A DNA stretch of 64,000 nucleotides from Hemiscyllium ocellatum (lineage: Eukaryota), in the NCBI RefSeq assembly GCF_020745735.1, contig NC_083424.1:49834999-49898998 (forward strand), given 5' to 3'. Position numbers and translations under genes: made by a program. This document shows positions 1 to 13,480 of the stretch, piece by piece. The notes beneath the pieces are model-generated. The model ran no database searches, was not told the origin of the DNA, and was given only the letters and a program-made list of their open reading frames with translations. Within the stretch, counting starts at the first letter, position 1. Each line of letters opens with the position of its first letter.

Positions 1-831
1 GACAATCTTAAAAGCCAATGACACAATCCAATGCTTTGGGGGTATAAAACTGGGGAAAATTGAACAGTTGGGAGGAGAGTTGCCAAGCAACCAGCATAGC
101 CCAGAGAATAGCTCTCTTGAAGGTATTTTTATTATTCAGTGATCTGTGAAACAGAAATCCCAAAGAAGAAGAAAAGAAGACTGGAAACGTACAAGATAAT
201 ACATGGCTTGGAAAGGGTGGACGCTAGGAAATTATTTCCATTAGGCGAGGAGATTAGGACCCGTGGACACGGCCTTAGAATTAGAGGGGGTCAATTCAGA
301 ACAGAAATGCAGAGACATTTCTTCAGCCAGAGAGTGGTGGGCTGGGACGCTAAATGTCTTGATACTTATTGATTGATAAATTTTTGATGTCACAAGGAAT
401 TAAGGGCTACGGGAAGAATGCTGGTAAGTGGAGTTGAAATGCCTATCAGCCATGATTGAATGGCTGAGTGGACTCGATGGGCCGATTGGCCTTACTTCTG
501 CTCCTATGTCTTATGGTCTTATGACTGAGGAAGTGAAGATTTGACATCTGGCTGGTTTTGAAAATTTGAATTTTTGGTAAATCTTAATCGGGGGCTTTTT
601 TGGACTAGCGTTGTAGAAGGGGTAGGTAAAAGATAGGTTGGAGGAAGGAGTTGTAAATAGTTGTTAGTTAATTATTCTCTGTTATACTTTAAGAAATAAA
701 GTTGTTAATTTTTACTAAATAGTTCTTGGCCTCTCGAATTTTCACTGATTACTGCACGGGATAAATCTTTTCAGAGTTGCTGGTTTAAGTGAAGCAGGAA
801 GGTTTACCCCGTGTTGCAACACTACATATTC
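1..831 (+). mobile_element. Probable LTR remnant (5' part outside the window), interrupted by a CR1 tail at ~182-525
   Basis: TATAAAA at 43-49, AATAAA at ~695-700, ends in ...GCAACA at 831; GACT lies on both sides of the CR1 insert. Family assignment is by resemblance only. Confidence 0.35.
182..525 (+). mobile_element. CR1 LINE 3' end
   Basis: ETYKIIHGLERVDARKLFPL...RTRGHGLRIRG...FFSQRVV C-terminal CR1 ORF2 motif; CTTATG-repeat tail. Confidence 0.85.
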
Positions 832-1904
832 ATATATAAATCCTGTCAAAATGCTATTCTCATTCAGTGGCTGCACTTAACATTGAACGTGTCGGCAGGA
901 TTGCGTATGCGCAATGATACTGTCAGAGAATCAAAGAATACCTCAGTGCGGAAGGAGCCAATTGGTCCTTTAAGTCTACACCCACCCTCTGAAGACCATC
1001 CCGCCAAGACCACCAGCTTGGCATCATTGCGACAATCAAAAGATTTGTGACAAAGGACTTAACACACTCTTGGCACCTGAAATTTTGATGTTCAGAATTT
1101 TGTTCTCTCTGACTATATATTTCCACAAACAATATTTGTGTCAAATCACGTTTTACAAACCTCTGTCTGTACGTGAGCCCGAGTTCAGGGATTTAAATGG
1201 ACATTATTTAATTATTGTTGCCCTGTCTTGTGTTAAACAATAAGTGTTTGCCGATAAACAATGTTTCTGCTTGTGGAAGTAAGATGTGAAATGCTTTTGT
1301 CGTGAACAACAGTCAGTAAATACATTGCTCAATTTGGTCGTTTGAAGGGTTAAGATTAGGATTAACCCTAACCCAACCCTTTCTCTCAGGTTTTGAAACA
1401 GTGAAGCTCGATTATCGGCGCCTTAGTTTAATTTTGGTCACAACTGGATCGTGGCAAACAGAACTGTATACAGCAATTTAAGCACGGGTTTACCGATGAT
1501 TTTTTTAAATGGCAAAAGTATTACATTATTTCTTGTCCACTATTTTTCTACTAATGCATAGTAAATTCTCATTTGCGTTCACGGCAGCAAGTAACAATGA
1601 TATCGATTCCACTATTGTCTTACAGATAACCGTTCATACTTTCACTTATTTTTATCATTATTAAATAATAGTCAATTCCTCAATTATTTACATTTTGCAA
1701 AATTGTATTTCATTTTCCAAACAATTATACAATGATAAAATGCATTCAAATCATGCGCTGGATTGCGCTGCTTGGCTTTGAAATCTCGCATTTAGCGTTC
1801 AGTTGTAGTGTTACAAATGTGTTCTTAATTCCATGCTCCAAATCACAAACATATTAAATAAAACCTGTCCTCAACAAACGTCGTTGGGCACCTAAAGGGA
1901 TTTG

Positions 1905-2075
1905 GGAGTCCATTTGGCTGGTGAGTGGTTTGCCATGTAGCCTGGCATTAATGGCATCGTTTCAATTCCCACATCGAATGACGATTACCATGAAGGTCCT
2001 TTCTTCATCCGTCTGGCGCCTTGCTCAGGGCGTGGTAATCTTTAGGTCAAACTTTTCCCTTGAAAGGTCTCCGAG
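1905..2075 (+). mobile_element. Degenerate tRNA-derived SINE fragment
   Basis: B-box-like GTTTCAATTCCC followed by a SINE-like body; heavily decayed. Confidence 0.3.
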
Positions 2076-2272
2076 AACACCATTTTCCAGACTATGAACC
2101 CCAATTCCTTTTCCATGTGAAGCATTTTATGAGCACTAACAATTTATATTCAATAATTATAATACGTTTTATTTCTATATACTACAGTGAATATACCCAG
2201 TGTCTGTTCAAACAGCGAGTCTAGTGAACGCTTGATATGCCCTTTATGAAGCAAACCTGGGATTATTTATAA

Positions 2273-2383
2273 TTTGGAGATGCCGGTGTTGGACTGGGGT
2301 GTACAATCACACAACACCAGGTTGTAGTCCAACAGGTTTAATTGGAAGAACACTAGCTTTCGGAGCGACGCTCCTTCATCAGA
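2273..2383 (-). mobile_element. PLE-type terminal repeat, family B, with hammerhead motif (2351-2382)
   Basis: Minus strand reads CTGATGA-A-GGAGC-GTC-GCTCC-GAA-AGCT-A-GTG; homologous copies at 15712, 26747, 32985. Confidence 0.7.
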
Positions 2384-2904
2384 AAGCTCCAAAATTCTTT
2401 GTTCTGAAACTCAAATTCCTTTCCAATAAATGTTACAGACCACTTGTCTTTCTAATTGTTTGTTGCGCCTGCAGTGTCATTCATTTATAAAGACATCCAT
2501 GACTCTCTGAATGGAAAGATCACCAGATTTTCATCATCATTTACCTTATCAATGTTAACAACATCACGTTGAGTCACAGTATCTTCTCTCACTCATGTCC
2601 TTCGAAGCGCATCAAAGCTATTCATCATCCCCACCGCCAAACCCCACACTTCCAATCCCCACCACCCACAGCTTCATTGTATCCTCCATCCACCTGATTA
2701 TAATCATGATACCACTTGGCCGTATCATGCTACTCAGCCTCGTCATTGCAGTTATTAAAGTATAGTGAAAATTGTACAGGCACAAGTATTGATTACTGCG
2801 ATACACTTTTAGTTAAAGTATGTCAACCAGCAAATGGCCTTTTCATTGTTCATTTCTGTTTCTTGTCCAGTAACCAATGTCATTGTGAACTAGACTGTGA
2901 GCAC

Positions 2905-3425
2905 TAGAGTCATGGAGACGTACAGCATGGAAACAGACCCTTCAGTCCAACCCATCCATGCTGACCAGATATGCCAGCCCAATCTAGTCCCACCTGCCAG
3001 CACCCAGCCCATATCCCTCCAAACCCTTCCTATTCATATACCCATCCAAATGCCTCTTAAATATTGCAATATTACTTCCTCTGGCAGCTCATTCCATACA
3101 TGTACCACCCTCTGCGTGAAAAAATAGCCCCATAGGTCTCTTTTACATCTTTCCCCTCTCACCCTAAACCTATGCCCTCTAGTTTTGGACTCCCTGACAA
3201 CAGGGAAAAGACATTGCCTATTGACCCTATCCATGCCCTTCATAATTTTATAAACCTCTAAAGATCACCCCTCAACCTTTGATGCTTCAGGGAAGACAGT
3301 GCCACCCTGTTCAGCCTCTCCCTGTAGCTCAAATCCTCCAACCCTGGCAACAACCTTGTAAATCTTTTATGAACCCTTTCAAGTTTCACAACATCTTTCT
3401 GGTAGGAAGGAGACCAGCATTGCAT
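2905..3425 (-). mobile_element. CR1 LINE 3' end
   Basis: MKGMDRVNRQCLFP..KTRGHRFRVRGER..FFTQRVVHVWNELPEEV; standard CR1 3' UTR. Confidence 0.85.
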
Positions 3426-3599
3426 GCAAGGCAATTAACTGACCCTATTTTGAAAGTCCTAATAGATCATGTCCATTGGTACCACTACTGAAGCAGCCAC
3501 AAGAACTGACAGTTTTGAGTAACCTATTCTTCAGCTCCTAATAGCATTATCACTAAAGTAAGGTCCACAGGTCTGGAATCCCTTATTTCTTTCTTCCAC

Positions 3600-4110
3600 T
3601 TTTCTTAAGGTTATGTTTTCCAGCAGTAACTTGAAAAATATAGGAGATTCTGGTAACACATAAAGAATGCATTTCTGCATTCTGCAGCTAATTCCCAAAG
3701 ATACCCATAGTCACAGAGATATTTCACAAAACTCCTCATAATTTTATGCATCTCACTTGTGTCCTTCCTCAATCTAATCTGCTTGATGGAAAACAATCCT
3801 GCTGTGTCCAATCTCTCATTATAACTGAAAATCTCTAGCCTAGGCAACATCCTGGTAAATGTCCCCTGCACCCTCTCCAGAGTTATCAAATCTGTCTTAC
3901 AATAAGGATTCCGCAACTGCACACAATGCCCAAGCTGTAATCTAGCCAATATTCTATACAGAGCCAGCATAACCTTGCCACTCTTAAACTCAAAGCCCCA
4001 GCTAACAAAGGCAAGTATTCCATGTGTCTTCTTAACCACCATATTCTCCTGTCCCAGCATCTTTAGGGACTGACATGCATGTACATCAAGGCCTTCAGAT
4101 CCTCAGCGCC
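3600..4110 (-). mobile_element. CR1 LINE ORF2 fragment
   Basis: LYRILARLQLGHCVQ..ERVQGTFTRMLPRLE..SYNERL motif. Confidence 0.8.
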
Positions 4111-4239
4111 TCCCAATGTTGTACCTTTTATCAAACTGGAGGAAGGGAAGGAGAGATTTAAATGAACTGTTTAATCATTTTAATCCTTTCTCTATGGGGC
4201 ATGAGAGTGGTCCTTGAACTTTTTTAGATCAACCTGTAG

Positions 4240-4900
4240 ATAGCCATTATTCAGTTGTCCAAAAAACCTAGTTTCATGAATGTCCTGGAGGGATGGAAAT
4301 CTGCCATCTTTAATAGCTCTGGCCTACATGTGACTCCAGATCCACAGCAGTGTGGTTGCCACTCAATTTCCCTCTGAATTGGCTTAATGAGCCATTCACT
4401 TGTACTAAGCTCTACATAGTCTCGAAGAAGAAATGAAACCAGATGGATAACCTGGCATTGACCTAGGCACCGGAAAAGACAATGGCAGAAACAGCCCTGT
4501 TGACCCTGCAAAGGTCTCCCTATTAACATCTGGGGGCTAGTGCCAAACTTTTGAGAGCTACATCATAGACTAGTCAAGCAACAGCTTGACTTAGTCATAC
4601 TCAATTACATGCAATGTCCCAAATACCACCACCACCACCACCCATGGATAAGTCCTTTACTGGCTGACAGGACAGACCCGGCTGAGGTGTCCACACAGTG
4701 GTAAACAGTTGGGAGGGAGCTGCCCTGGGAGTCCTCAACATTGACTCTGCACCCCATAAATTCAAGCAAAACATGGGCAAGGAAACCTTCTGCTGATAAC
4801 CATGTAGCATCCTCCTTCTGCTGATGAATCCATACTCCTCAAAGTTGAAGAATATTTAGAGGAAGCACTGAGGATTGCAAGGGCACAAACTGTACTGTGG
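4240..4900 (+). mobile_element. Deu-domain (SacSINE1-like) sequence continuing into an L2/CR1-like 5' fragment
   Basis: GGAAATCTGCC..TCTGGCCTACATGTGACTCCAGA..CACAGCAGTGTGGTTG core, shared with 56150-56375 and 57915-58250. Confidence 0.55.
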
Positions 4901-4989
4901 GTCTGGATACTGGGAAAAAGATAAATCAAGAAAAAGACATGTAAGAAAGGCATTACAATCATGGCAGCACTTCAATAAGCAGGTGGACT

Positions 4990-7085
4990 GGGTAAACCAG
5001 ATTAATAGTGGACTTTAAGGAAAGGCATTAGTGGAATGTCTGCACAATGGTTTTTTTTGAGCAGCTGTGGTAGAGACCACGAAGGAACAAACAATCCTGA
5101 ATTTGATGGTATATAACAAGGTGGAGTTGATTACGAAACTAAAGCTGAAACAATCTCTGGGATGGTGATGGTAAGATGATAGAATTCACCCTGCAAGTTG
5201 AGAGGGAGAATCTGGAATCCGCTGTGATGGTATTACAACTGAGTAAACGTAACTATAAAAACATGAGGGAGAGTTGACCTAAATTGATTGGAAGGGGTAC
5301 ATAGCAGGGAAGTTGCTGGTGCAGCAAAGCAGGAGTTTCTGGGGGTTAATTCAGGAGGCACAGCAGAAATGTATATCGTGGAAGGAGAAAAATGCTTAGG
5401 GAGGCAACCATCGTTGACAAGGGATGTCAGTTGCAGCACGAAATCAAAACAGCAAGCATACAATATCGTGACGGTTCCTAAAAATACAATTCTGGGAGAG
5501 GATGAAATATGAAACATACGTAGTTTTTTTAGATAGCTGAAAATTAAGAGACACCCAAGAGCGGACAATGGACCACTGGAAAATGATGCTGGCAAAGTAG
5601 GAATGGGCAATAAATAAATGGCAGACTACATAGGCAGGCTTTATGCCCCAGTTTTCACTGTGAAAGACATCAGTAGCATACCAGAACCTGATGAGAGTTG
5701 CATGCAGAGGTGAGTGTAGTGGTCATCATTAAAGAGAAGGTACTGAGATAGCTGGATGGTGTGAAGCTTCATAAATCATCCACACCAGATGGATGACAAA
5801 CTAGAGTTCTGAAGTAGACAGCTGAGGAAATTGCAGAGACTTACGAGGTAATTTTTCAGGATTCACTAGAATCAGAAAGGATCTCAAACAACTTGAAAAT
5901 GGCTAAAGTAAACCCCCTGTTAAAGAAGCAGGGGAGGGATTGGAGGGGGAGGCAGAAGAGAGGAAACTGTAAGGTTCTTATGCTGAAATCATCCTTGGAA
6001 GATTTTAGAGTCTTAGCAGGAGATTGTGGGGCACTTGAAAGTGCAGGGTAAAATAGTCTTGAGTCGGCATAGCTTTGTCAAAGGGCTGTTATGCTTGACA
6101 AATCTGCTAGAAATCTTTGAAGTGGTAATAAACAAGTTAGACAAAGGACAGCCAATAGATGTGATCTCTTTGGATTTCCAGACGCCTTTGACAATGTGCT
6201 GCAGAGGAGGCTGCTAAGTAAGATAACAGTCCACGGTGTTAGGGGCAAGGTAACAGCATGGATAGAGGACTGGCTGACAAAGCAGAAGGCAGAGAGAATG
6301 AATAAAGGAGTTTTTTTCAGGATGGCAGCTGACAAATATTGAAGTTCCGCAGGAGTCTGTGTTGTGATCAATTATTCTTTTCATGCATTAATGATCTGGA
6401 CAAAGGAATTGAGGATATCATTGCTAATTTTGCAGATGACATAAATATAGGCAGAGGGACAGGTAGATTTGAGGATATAGCGAGACTGTAGAAGGACTTG
6501 GAAAGGATAGGAGAGTGGGCAATGAAATGATAGATGGAGTTCCATGTAGGAAAGTTTTATGTTATGCACTTTAGGAGAAAGAATACAAATATAGTCTAAT
6601 TTCTAAATGGGAAAGATTCCAGAAATGTGAAGGACAAAGAATTCTCTTAATGTTAACATGCAGGTTCAGTTGGCAGATAGAAAAGCAAATGCATCATTCA
6701 CATTCATTTCAAGAAGGCTATAATGCAACTGCAGATATTTACTTCAGAGGTTGTATAAAGTTCCAGTCAGACCACATTTAGAAAATTGTGAGCAGTTCTA
6801 GACTCCTACCTGAGAAACAACCTGCTGGCCTTAGAGGGTGTCCAGAGAAGATTTACCAGAATAATCCAGGGGATGAAAGAGTTTGTTACATTTGGAGCAG
6901 TTGAGCACTCTGGGTCTGTCCACAACAGAAATTAAAAGGATGAGAGGGTGATCTGGTTGTACTTACAGAACACTGAGAGGCCTGGATAGAGTAGATATAG
7001 AGAAAATGTTTCCACTGGTAGGGAAGACTAGGACATGTGGGTGCCACCTCAGAGTGAAGGGGCCTCCCTTCACAAAGATGAGGAG
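4990..7085 (+). mobile_element. Degenerate CR1 ORF2 (endonuclease end through RT)
   Basis: SRHSFVKGLLCLTNLLEIFEVV..DVISLDFQ, FADD (tttgcagatgac 6428) and tail motifs; multiple stops and frameshifts. Confidence 0.85.
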
Positions 7086-7087
7086 GA

Positions 7088-9130
7088 ATTTCTTCAGTCA
7101 GAGTCATACAGTCAGAAAGTCATAGAGATGTACAACATCGAAACAAATACTTCAGTCCAACTCATCCATGCCGAACAGATGTTGTAACCTTATCTAGTCC
7201 CATTTGCCAATTCGTGGCCCATATCCCTCTAAACTCTTCCTATTCATACTTCCATCCAGGTGCATTTTAAATGCTGTAATTTTACCAGTCTGCACCACTT
7301 CTGCTGGCAGCTCATTCCTTAAATGCACCACCCTCTTCGTGAAATGTTGTCCCTTAGGTACCTTTTAAATCTTTCCCCTCTCACCCTGAACCTATGCCCT
7401 CTAGTTCTGGACTCCCCCACCCCACGGAAAAGACCTTGTTTATTTATCCTATCCTCGCCCCACACAACTTTATAAACCTCTATAAGGTCATCCCTCAGCC
7501 TCCAGTGCTCCAGGGAAAACAGCCCCAGCCTATTCAGCCTCTCCCTGCAGTTCAAATCCTCCAATTTTGGAAACATCCTCGTAAGTCTTTTCTGAAAGCT
7601 TTCAAATTTCACAACATCCTTCTGATAGAAGGGAGACCAGAATTGCATACATTATTCCAAAGGTGGCCTCACCAATGTCCTGTATAACTGCAACATGACC
7701 TCCTAACTACTATTCTTAATGCTCTGACCAATAAAGGAAAGCATACCAAATATCTTCTTCACTACCTACAACTTCGCTTTCAAATAACCATGAACCTGCA
7801 CTTCAAGGTCTCTTTGTTCAGCAACACTCCCAGGGCCTTATCATTAAGCGTTTAAGTCCTGCTCTGATTTCCTTTTTCAAAATGTAACATATAGCATTTA
7901 TCTAAATTAAAGTCTATCTGCCATGCTGCAGCCCATTGGCCAATCTGATCAAGATCCCATTGTACTCTGAGGTAACCTTCTTCGCTGTCCACTACTTCTC
8001 AAATTTTAGTGTTATCTGCAAAGTTACGAACTATACCTTCAATGTTCACATCCAAATCATTTATATAAATGGCAAAAAGTAGTGGACTCAACACCGATCC
8101 TTGTGGCACTCCACTGGTCACGAGCCTCCAGTCTGAAAAGCAATCCTCCACCACCACCCTCGGTCTTCTACCTTTGAGCCAGTTTTGTATCCAAATGATT
8201 AGTTCTCCCTGTACTCCATGAGATCTAACCTTGCTAAACAATCTACCATGAAGAACCTTATCAAATGCCTTACTGAAACCATCAATCTGCCCTCATCAAT
8301 CCTGTCAGTTACTTCTTCAAAAAACCCAATCAAGTTCGTGAGACATGATTACCCAAGCACAAAGCCAAGTTGACAATCCATAATCAGTCCTTGCCTTTCC
8401 AAACACATGTTAATTCTGTCTCTCAGGATTCCCTCCAACACCGATGTCAGGGTCACTAGTCTATAGTTCCCTGGCTTTTCCTTACCATCTTTCTTAAATA
8501 GTGTCACCATGTCAGCCAACCTCCAGTCTTCCAGTACCTCACCTGTGACTATCGATAACACAAAATATCTCAGCAAGGGGCCCAGTAATTACTTTCCTAG
8601 CTTCCCTCAAAATTCTAGGGTACACCTTATCAGGTCCCAGAGATTTATCAACTTTTATGCATTTCAAGACCTCCAGCACTTTCTTGTCTGTAATATGGAC
8701 ATTTTACAAGATGTCACCATCTATTTCCCCACATTCTGTACTGTCAATGGCCTTCTCCACAGTAAACACTGATGCAAAATACTCAGTTAGTATCTCCCTC
8801 ATCTTTTGTGGCTCCACACTTAGGCTGCCCTGCTGATCTTTGAGGGACCCTACTGTGTTGCTAGTTACTCTCTTGACCTTTGGATTCTCCTTAACCTTAT
8901 TTACCAAAGCTATTTCATGACCCCTTTTTGCCCTCCTGATTTCCCTCTTAAGTATATTCCTAATGCCTTTATATTCTTCTGAGGGATCTCTGCTGACGAT
9001 ACCTGACATATGCTTCCTTCTTTTTATCAACCAAAACCTCAATTTCTCTAGTCATTCAGCATTCCCTACACCACCAGCCTTTCCTTTCACCCAAACAGGA
9101 ATGTACTGTCACTGGACTTGCGTTATCTCA
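7088..9130 (-). mobile_element. CR1 LINE, 5'-truncated, degenerate
   Basis: GNYRLVTLTSV, SGVPQGSVLSPLLFAIYINDLD, FADNTKI, QFWSPFYQKDV ORF pieces; CR1 tail at 7088-7200. Confidence 0.9.
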
Positions 9131-9919
9131 TTTTTGAAGGCTCATTGCTGCAGAGGACTGTTGAGGTCAAGTCACTAAATGTATTGAAGACAGGCATAGG
9201 TTCTTGTATGGTAAAGGGATCAAGGCTCACAAGGAGGAGACAGGAGAAAGGGATTGAGAAACAAACCAGACATGATCAAGTTATGGAACGAGTCCAATGC
9301 GCTTAAAGACAAATTCTGCTCCTATGTCAAATTGTGGTAAGTATGGGTTCCATTTTACTGGACAAATATTTAATGAATTGCTTGGAATTACTACGAAGTT
9401 GTATGTGGGTTCTCGCTTGCAATCCTAAAGAGAAATTGGAACTGAGTGATTGGTCCTTGAAAGGTTTGTACAAAACGGTTCCCTCAATGGTTTCAAATGA
9501 TGCCCAAGTACTTACTGCCATCTGATCAACAGCACTCTCCTCCATGGAAATATCCTCTTCTCAGAGATGTTCAATTCAGAATTCCAGACTGAAAATATAC
9601 TGTGAAATTTAGAAAAGAAAATTTCTGGGTTAAGAGCTTGTGAGAAAACAATATGAATCCATGATGGGATGGCAGTGGTGATGCCTTCTGTATAAATATA
9701 GGAAACTGCCAGCAATTCTGATCAGTTGATACAGCATGGCCCGTTGGGAGTTGAAAACCGGGGTGTGCAAAATTGAGTTATTAAGTTGAATGAAACAACT
9801 GACATTTCATGTAGCATGCTTGAGTGGTCTGTGAATGTCTTCATCGTACTATTCAATGGTGACAGCTTAACAGATTGGGGAGGGCTCCAGAACACAGCAG
9901 CAACACCAGAATCATAGAG

Positions 9920-11005
9920 TCGTAGAGAAGTACAGCATGGAACCAAACATTATCAAGGCATTTATAGCTGAGCATTTAAAAAGCAATGGCAGGATCAGAC
10001 AGAGTCAACATGGATTTCTGAAGAGGAAATTATACTTGACAAATCTGTTGGAAATCTATGAAGATGTAACCAATAGAGTTGACAAGAAGGAGCTGTATAT
10101 TTCGACTTGCAGAATGCATTTGACAAAGTCCCACATTAGAAATTATTGTGCAAGGTCACACCACATGGAATTGGGGGAGGTGTATTGACATGGATAGAAA
10201 GTGTTAAGCAGAGAGGAAACAAAGAATGGAATTAATGGATCCTTTTCAATTTGGCAGGCAGTAATTAGTGGGGTGCCACAAGGATTGGTTCTAGGACCCC
10301 AGCTATTCACAATTTCTATTAATGATTTGGATGATGGAACAAAATTTAACATCTCAAAATTTTCAGATGATACCATGTTGGGAGGGTGGGTGAACTGTGA
10401 TGAGAATGCAGAGACCCTTCAGTATGGTCTGGACAGGTGGCATGAAGGCAAATGGCATGTTGGCCTCCACTGCAAGAGGTTTCATGTACAGGAGCAGGGA
10501 TGCGTTGTTCCAGTTGTACAGGACCTTGGTGAGGCCACATCTAAAATATTGTGTGAGGTTTGATCTGTTTTTCTGAGGAAGGATGCTCTTGCTCTTGAGG
10601 GAGTACAGCAAAGGTTTAATAGGCTGATTCTGGGAGGACAGGACTGGCGTATGAAGAGAGATTGACTAGGTTAGGATTGTTTTCACTGGAGTTCAGACCA
10701 GTGGGGGGGGGGGGGGGTGGGGGGAACGTCATAGAGAGTGGGCTAGACAGGGTAAATGCAGGGAGGATATTCCTGATGGTGGGTATATCCAGAACCTGGG
10801 GTCACAGTCTGAGGATTCTGGGTAGACCATTTAGGCCAGAGATGAGGAGACATTTCTTCATCCAGAGAGTGGTGAGCCTGTGGAATTCATTACCTCAGGA
10901 AGTAGATGATGTCAAAACATTGCAGTCATGAGCAGCTAGGTTAAGCACGGGCCAAATAGGATCAAAGGTTATGGAGATAAAGCAGGATTGAGCTATTGAA
11001 TTGGA
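9920..11005 (+). mobile_element. Degenerate CR1 RT to 3' end
   Basis: QSQHGFLKRKLYLTNLLE, SGVPQGLVLGPQLFTISINDLD, FSDDT. Confidence 0.85.
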
Positions 11006-12072
11006 CACACCTCCTCCCACCCTGCCTCCTATAAAAACACTATCCCTTACTCCCAAATCCTCAGCCTCTGCCTCATCTGCTCACAGGAGGACCAGTTCCA
11101 TCACAGCACACACCAGATGGTCTCCTTCTTTAAAGGTTTTCTCGCCCATGTGATTGATGATGCCCTCCAGGACATCTCATCCACTTCCTGCACCTCTGCC
11201 CTCAAACCCCACCCCTCCAACCACACAAGGACAGAACTCCCCTGGTCCTCACCCTCCATCCCATCAATCTCCATATACATCACATCATCCTCCATCATTT
11301 CTACCACTGCCCAATGGACCCCACCACCAGAGATATATTTCCTTTTCCACCCCATCCACTTTCCCTCCGCAACTCCTTCATCAGGGCCACGCTCCCTCCC
11401 TCCTCCCCCTCCCCCACCACCACCACCAATCCACCGTCCCCTCCTGGCACCAGCCCCATGTCACTGCAGGAATTGCAAAAATTGCACTCAAACCTCCCCC
11501 CTCACCTCTGTCCAATTTCCCAAAGGACTGTTCCACATCCATCAAAGTTTTACCTGCACTTCCACACATGTCATTTACTGTATCCATTGCTCCTGATGTG
11601 GTCTCCTCTACACTGGGGAGACAGGATGCCTACTTGTAGAGGCTGCAGCAAACATCTCCGGGACACCTGTACCAACCAATCCCATTGCCCTGTAGCCGAA
11701 TACTTCAACTCCCCCTCCCGCTCTGCCAAGGACATGAAAGTCCTGGGCCTCCTCCATCACCACTCCCTAACCACCCAATGCCTAGAGGAAGAATGCCTTA
11801 TCTTCTGTCTTGAGACCATCCAAGCCCACCTTATCCCAGTTCCCCTCCCCCCACCTCCATCTACCTACCTCACTCTCAGTTACCTCCCCCCAGCCCCACC
11901 CCTCCTATTTATCTAACCCATCCCTCCCCTCCAGCTCACAACCTCATTCCTGATGAAGGGCTTTTGCCCAAAACGTCAATTCTCCTGCTCCTCGGATGCT
12001 GCCTGACCTGTTGCGTTTTTCCAGCACCATACTGTCAACTCTAATCTCCAGCATCTGCAGTCCTCACTTTCT
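11005..12072 (+). mobile_element. Penelope-like element 3' part (RT thumb + GIY-YIG, frameshifted) with terminal repeat
   Basis: FTCTSTHVIYCIHCS*CGLLYTGETG, HCPVAEYFNSPS, EEECLIFCLET; repeat carries CTGATGAAGGGCTTTTGCCCAAAACGTC (core G>A mutated) at 11950-11977. Confidence 0.85.
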
Positions 12073-12164
12073 GCTATTGGGTTGGATGATCAGCTATGTG
12101 ATGAATGGGGAAGCAGGCTCTAAGGGCCGGATGGCCTCCTTCTGCTCCTTTTTTTTATGTTTCT

Positions 12165-12780
12165 TCAGTCAAACTCGTCCATGCAAACTGAATATCTTAA
12201 ACTAATTTAGTCACATTTGCTGCATATTGGCCCATATCCATCTTATCCCTTCCTATTCTTATACTCATCCAGATGCCTTTTAAATATTGCAATTGCTGAA
12301 ACGTCGATTCTCCTGTTCCTTGGATGCTGCCTGACCTGCTGCGCTTTTCCAGCAACACATTTTCAGCTCTGATCTCCAGCATCTGCAGACCTCACTTTCT
12401 CCTCGAAAATATTGTAATTGTACCAGCCTCCATCACTTCCTCTGACAGTTCATTCCATACACGCACCACCCGCTGCATGAAAACAAAACCCTTAGGCCCA
12501 ATTGAAATCTTTCCCCTTTCATCTTAAACCTGTGCCCTCTAAGTTTTGGACTCCACAATCCTGGCGGAAAGACCTTGACTGTTCATCCGCTACATGCCCC
12601 TCATGATTTCATCAATCTCTCTAAGGACATTCCTCAGCCTCCCATGTTCCAGGGAGAATAACCACATCCTATTCAGCCTCTCCCTCTACCTCAAACCTTC
12701 CAATCCCGGCAACAACCTTGTAAGTCTTCTCCGAACCCTTTCGAGTTTAACACCATGTTTCCTACAGCAGGCAGACTAGA
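12165..12780 (-). mobile_element. CR1 3' end interrupted by a PLE terminal-repeat fragment (~12297-12403)
   Basis: CR1 tail motifs; insert ACGTCGATTCTCCTG...CATCTGCAGACCTCAC matches family A. Confidence 0.75.
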
Positions 12781-12789
12781 AGTAAGGAA

Positions 12790-13105
12790 CAATGATTTTC
12801 GCGTGCATGGACAGGCAATGTGTCTTGATGTATGCAGTGCTTAAGAAGCGTGAATAAAGCAGCGTGCATGACAGGCACCCGATCTACAAACATTCACTCT
12901 CACTATCACGGACGCTCAATGTGTGACATCTACAAAGTCCATTTCAGAAAGTCACAAGCCTCCTTATACAGCACCTTCCAAACCCAGGCCGTGTTTCATT
13001 GGAAGCACAGCATATACATGGGGACGTCACTAAGCTCCCTTCCATGCCACTCCTGACTTGAAAATATATCATCTTCACTGTCATTCGGCCACAATTCTGG
13101 AACAC
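12790..13105 (+). mobile_element. L2-like LINE 3' fragment
   Basis: ACAAACATTCACTC, CAGCACCTTCCAAACCC, CCTGACTTGAAAATAT; related pieces at 14950-15480 and 58400-58800. Confidence 0.55.
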
Positions 13106-13262
13106 CACCCCTCCCCTCCAGCTCACAACCTCATCCCTGATGAAGGGCTTTTGCCCGAAACGTCGATTTCGCTGCTCGTTGGATGCTGCCTGAACTGCTG
13201 TGCTCTTCCAGCACCACTGATCCAGAATCTGGTTTCCAGCATCTGCAGTCATTGTTTTTACC
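13106..13262 (+). mobile_element. PLE terminal repeat (family A) with hammerhead core at 13137-13164, abutting the truncated Ig exon
   Basis: CTGATGA-A-GGGC-TTTT-GCCC-GAA-ACGT-C; ends ...GTCATTGTTTTTACC, the same terminus as the inserts at 35556 and 49398. Confidence 0.85.
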
Positions 13263-13480
13263 TAGAGTCAGATAGCTGCTCACACTGAATGTATTGTCCG
13301 TCTCCTGCTGGATCTGACTGGTCTCCACACCGTTCCCCTTGACACTGCCATCTACCGTCCACTCAATCTCCACAGCGCCCGGGTTAAAACCGCTCACCAA
13401 ACACACCAGGGTCGCCGTGTTCTTTTCCGTGATTTGAACCGATGAAGGCGGAAGGAGGGAAACTGATGGTTCCGGCGAAC
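13263..13480 (-). pseudogene. Immunoglobulin light-chain constant exon (shark lambda/type II-like), 3'-truncated
   Basis: Acceptor TTTTAAACAG ends at 13481. Phase-1 translation GSPEPSVSLLPPSSVQITEKNTATLVCLVSGFNPGAVEIEWTVDGSVKGNGVETSQIQQETDNTFSVSSYLTL has the C1-set B-strand Cys and C-strand Trp. The F/G strands with the second Cys are absent. Confidence 0.92.

Noticed and set aside
1350-1381. Interstitial telomeric repeat
   Set aside because: Only one or two imperfect CCCTAA-like units; compatible with chance.
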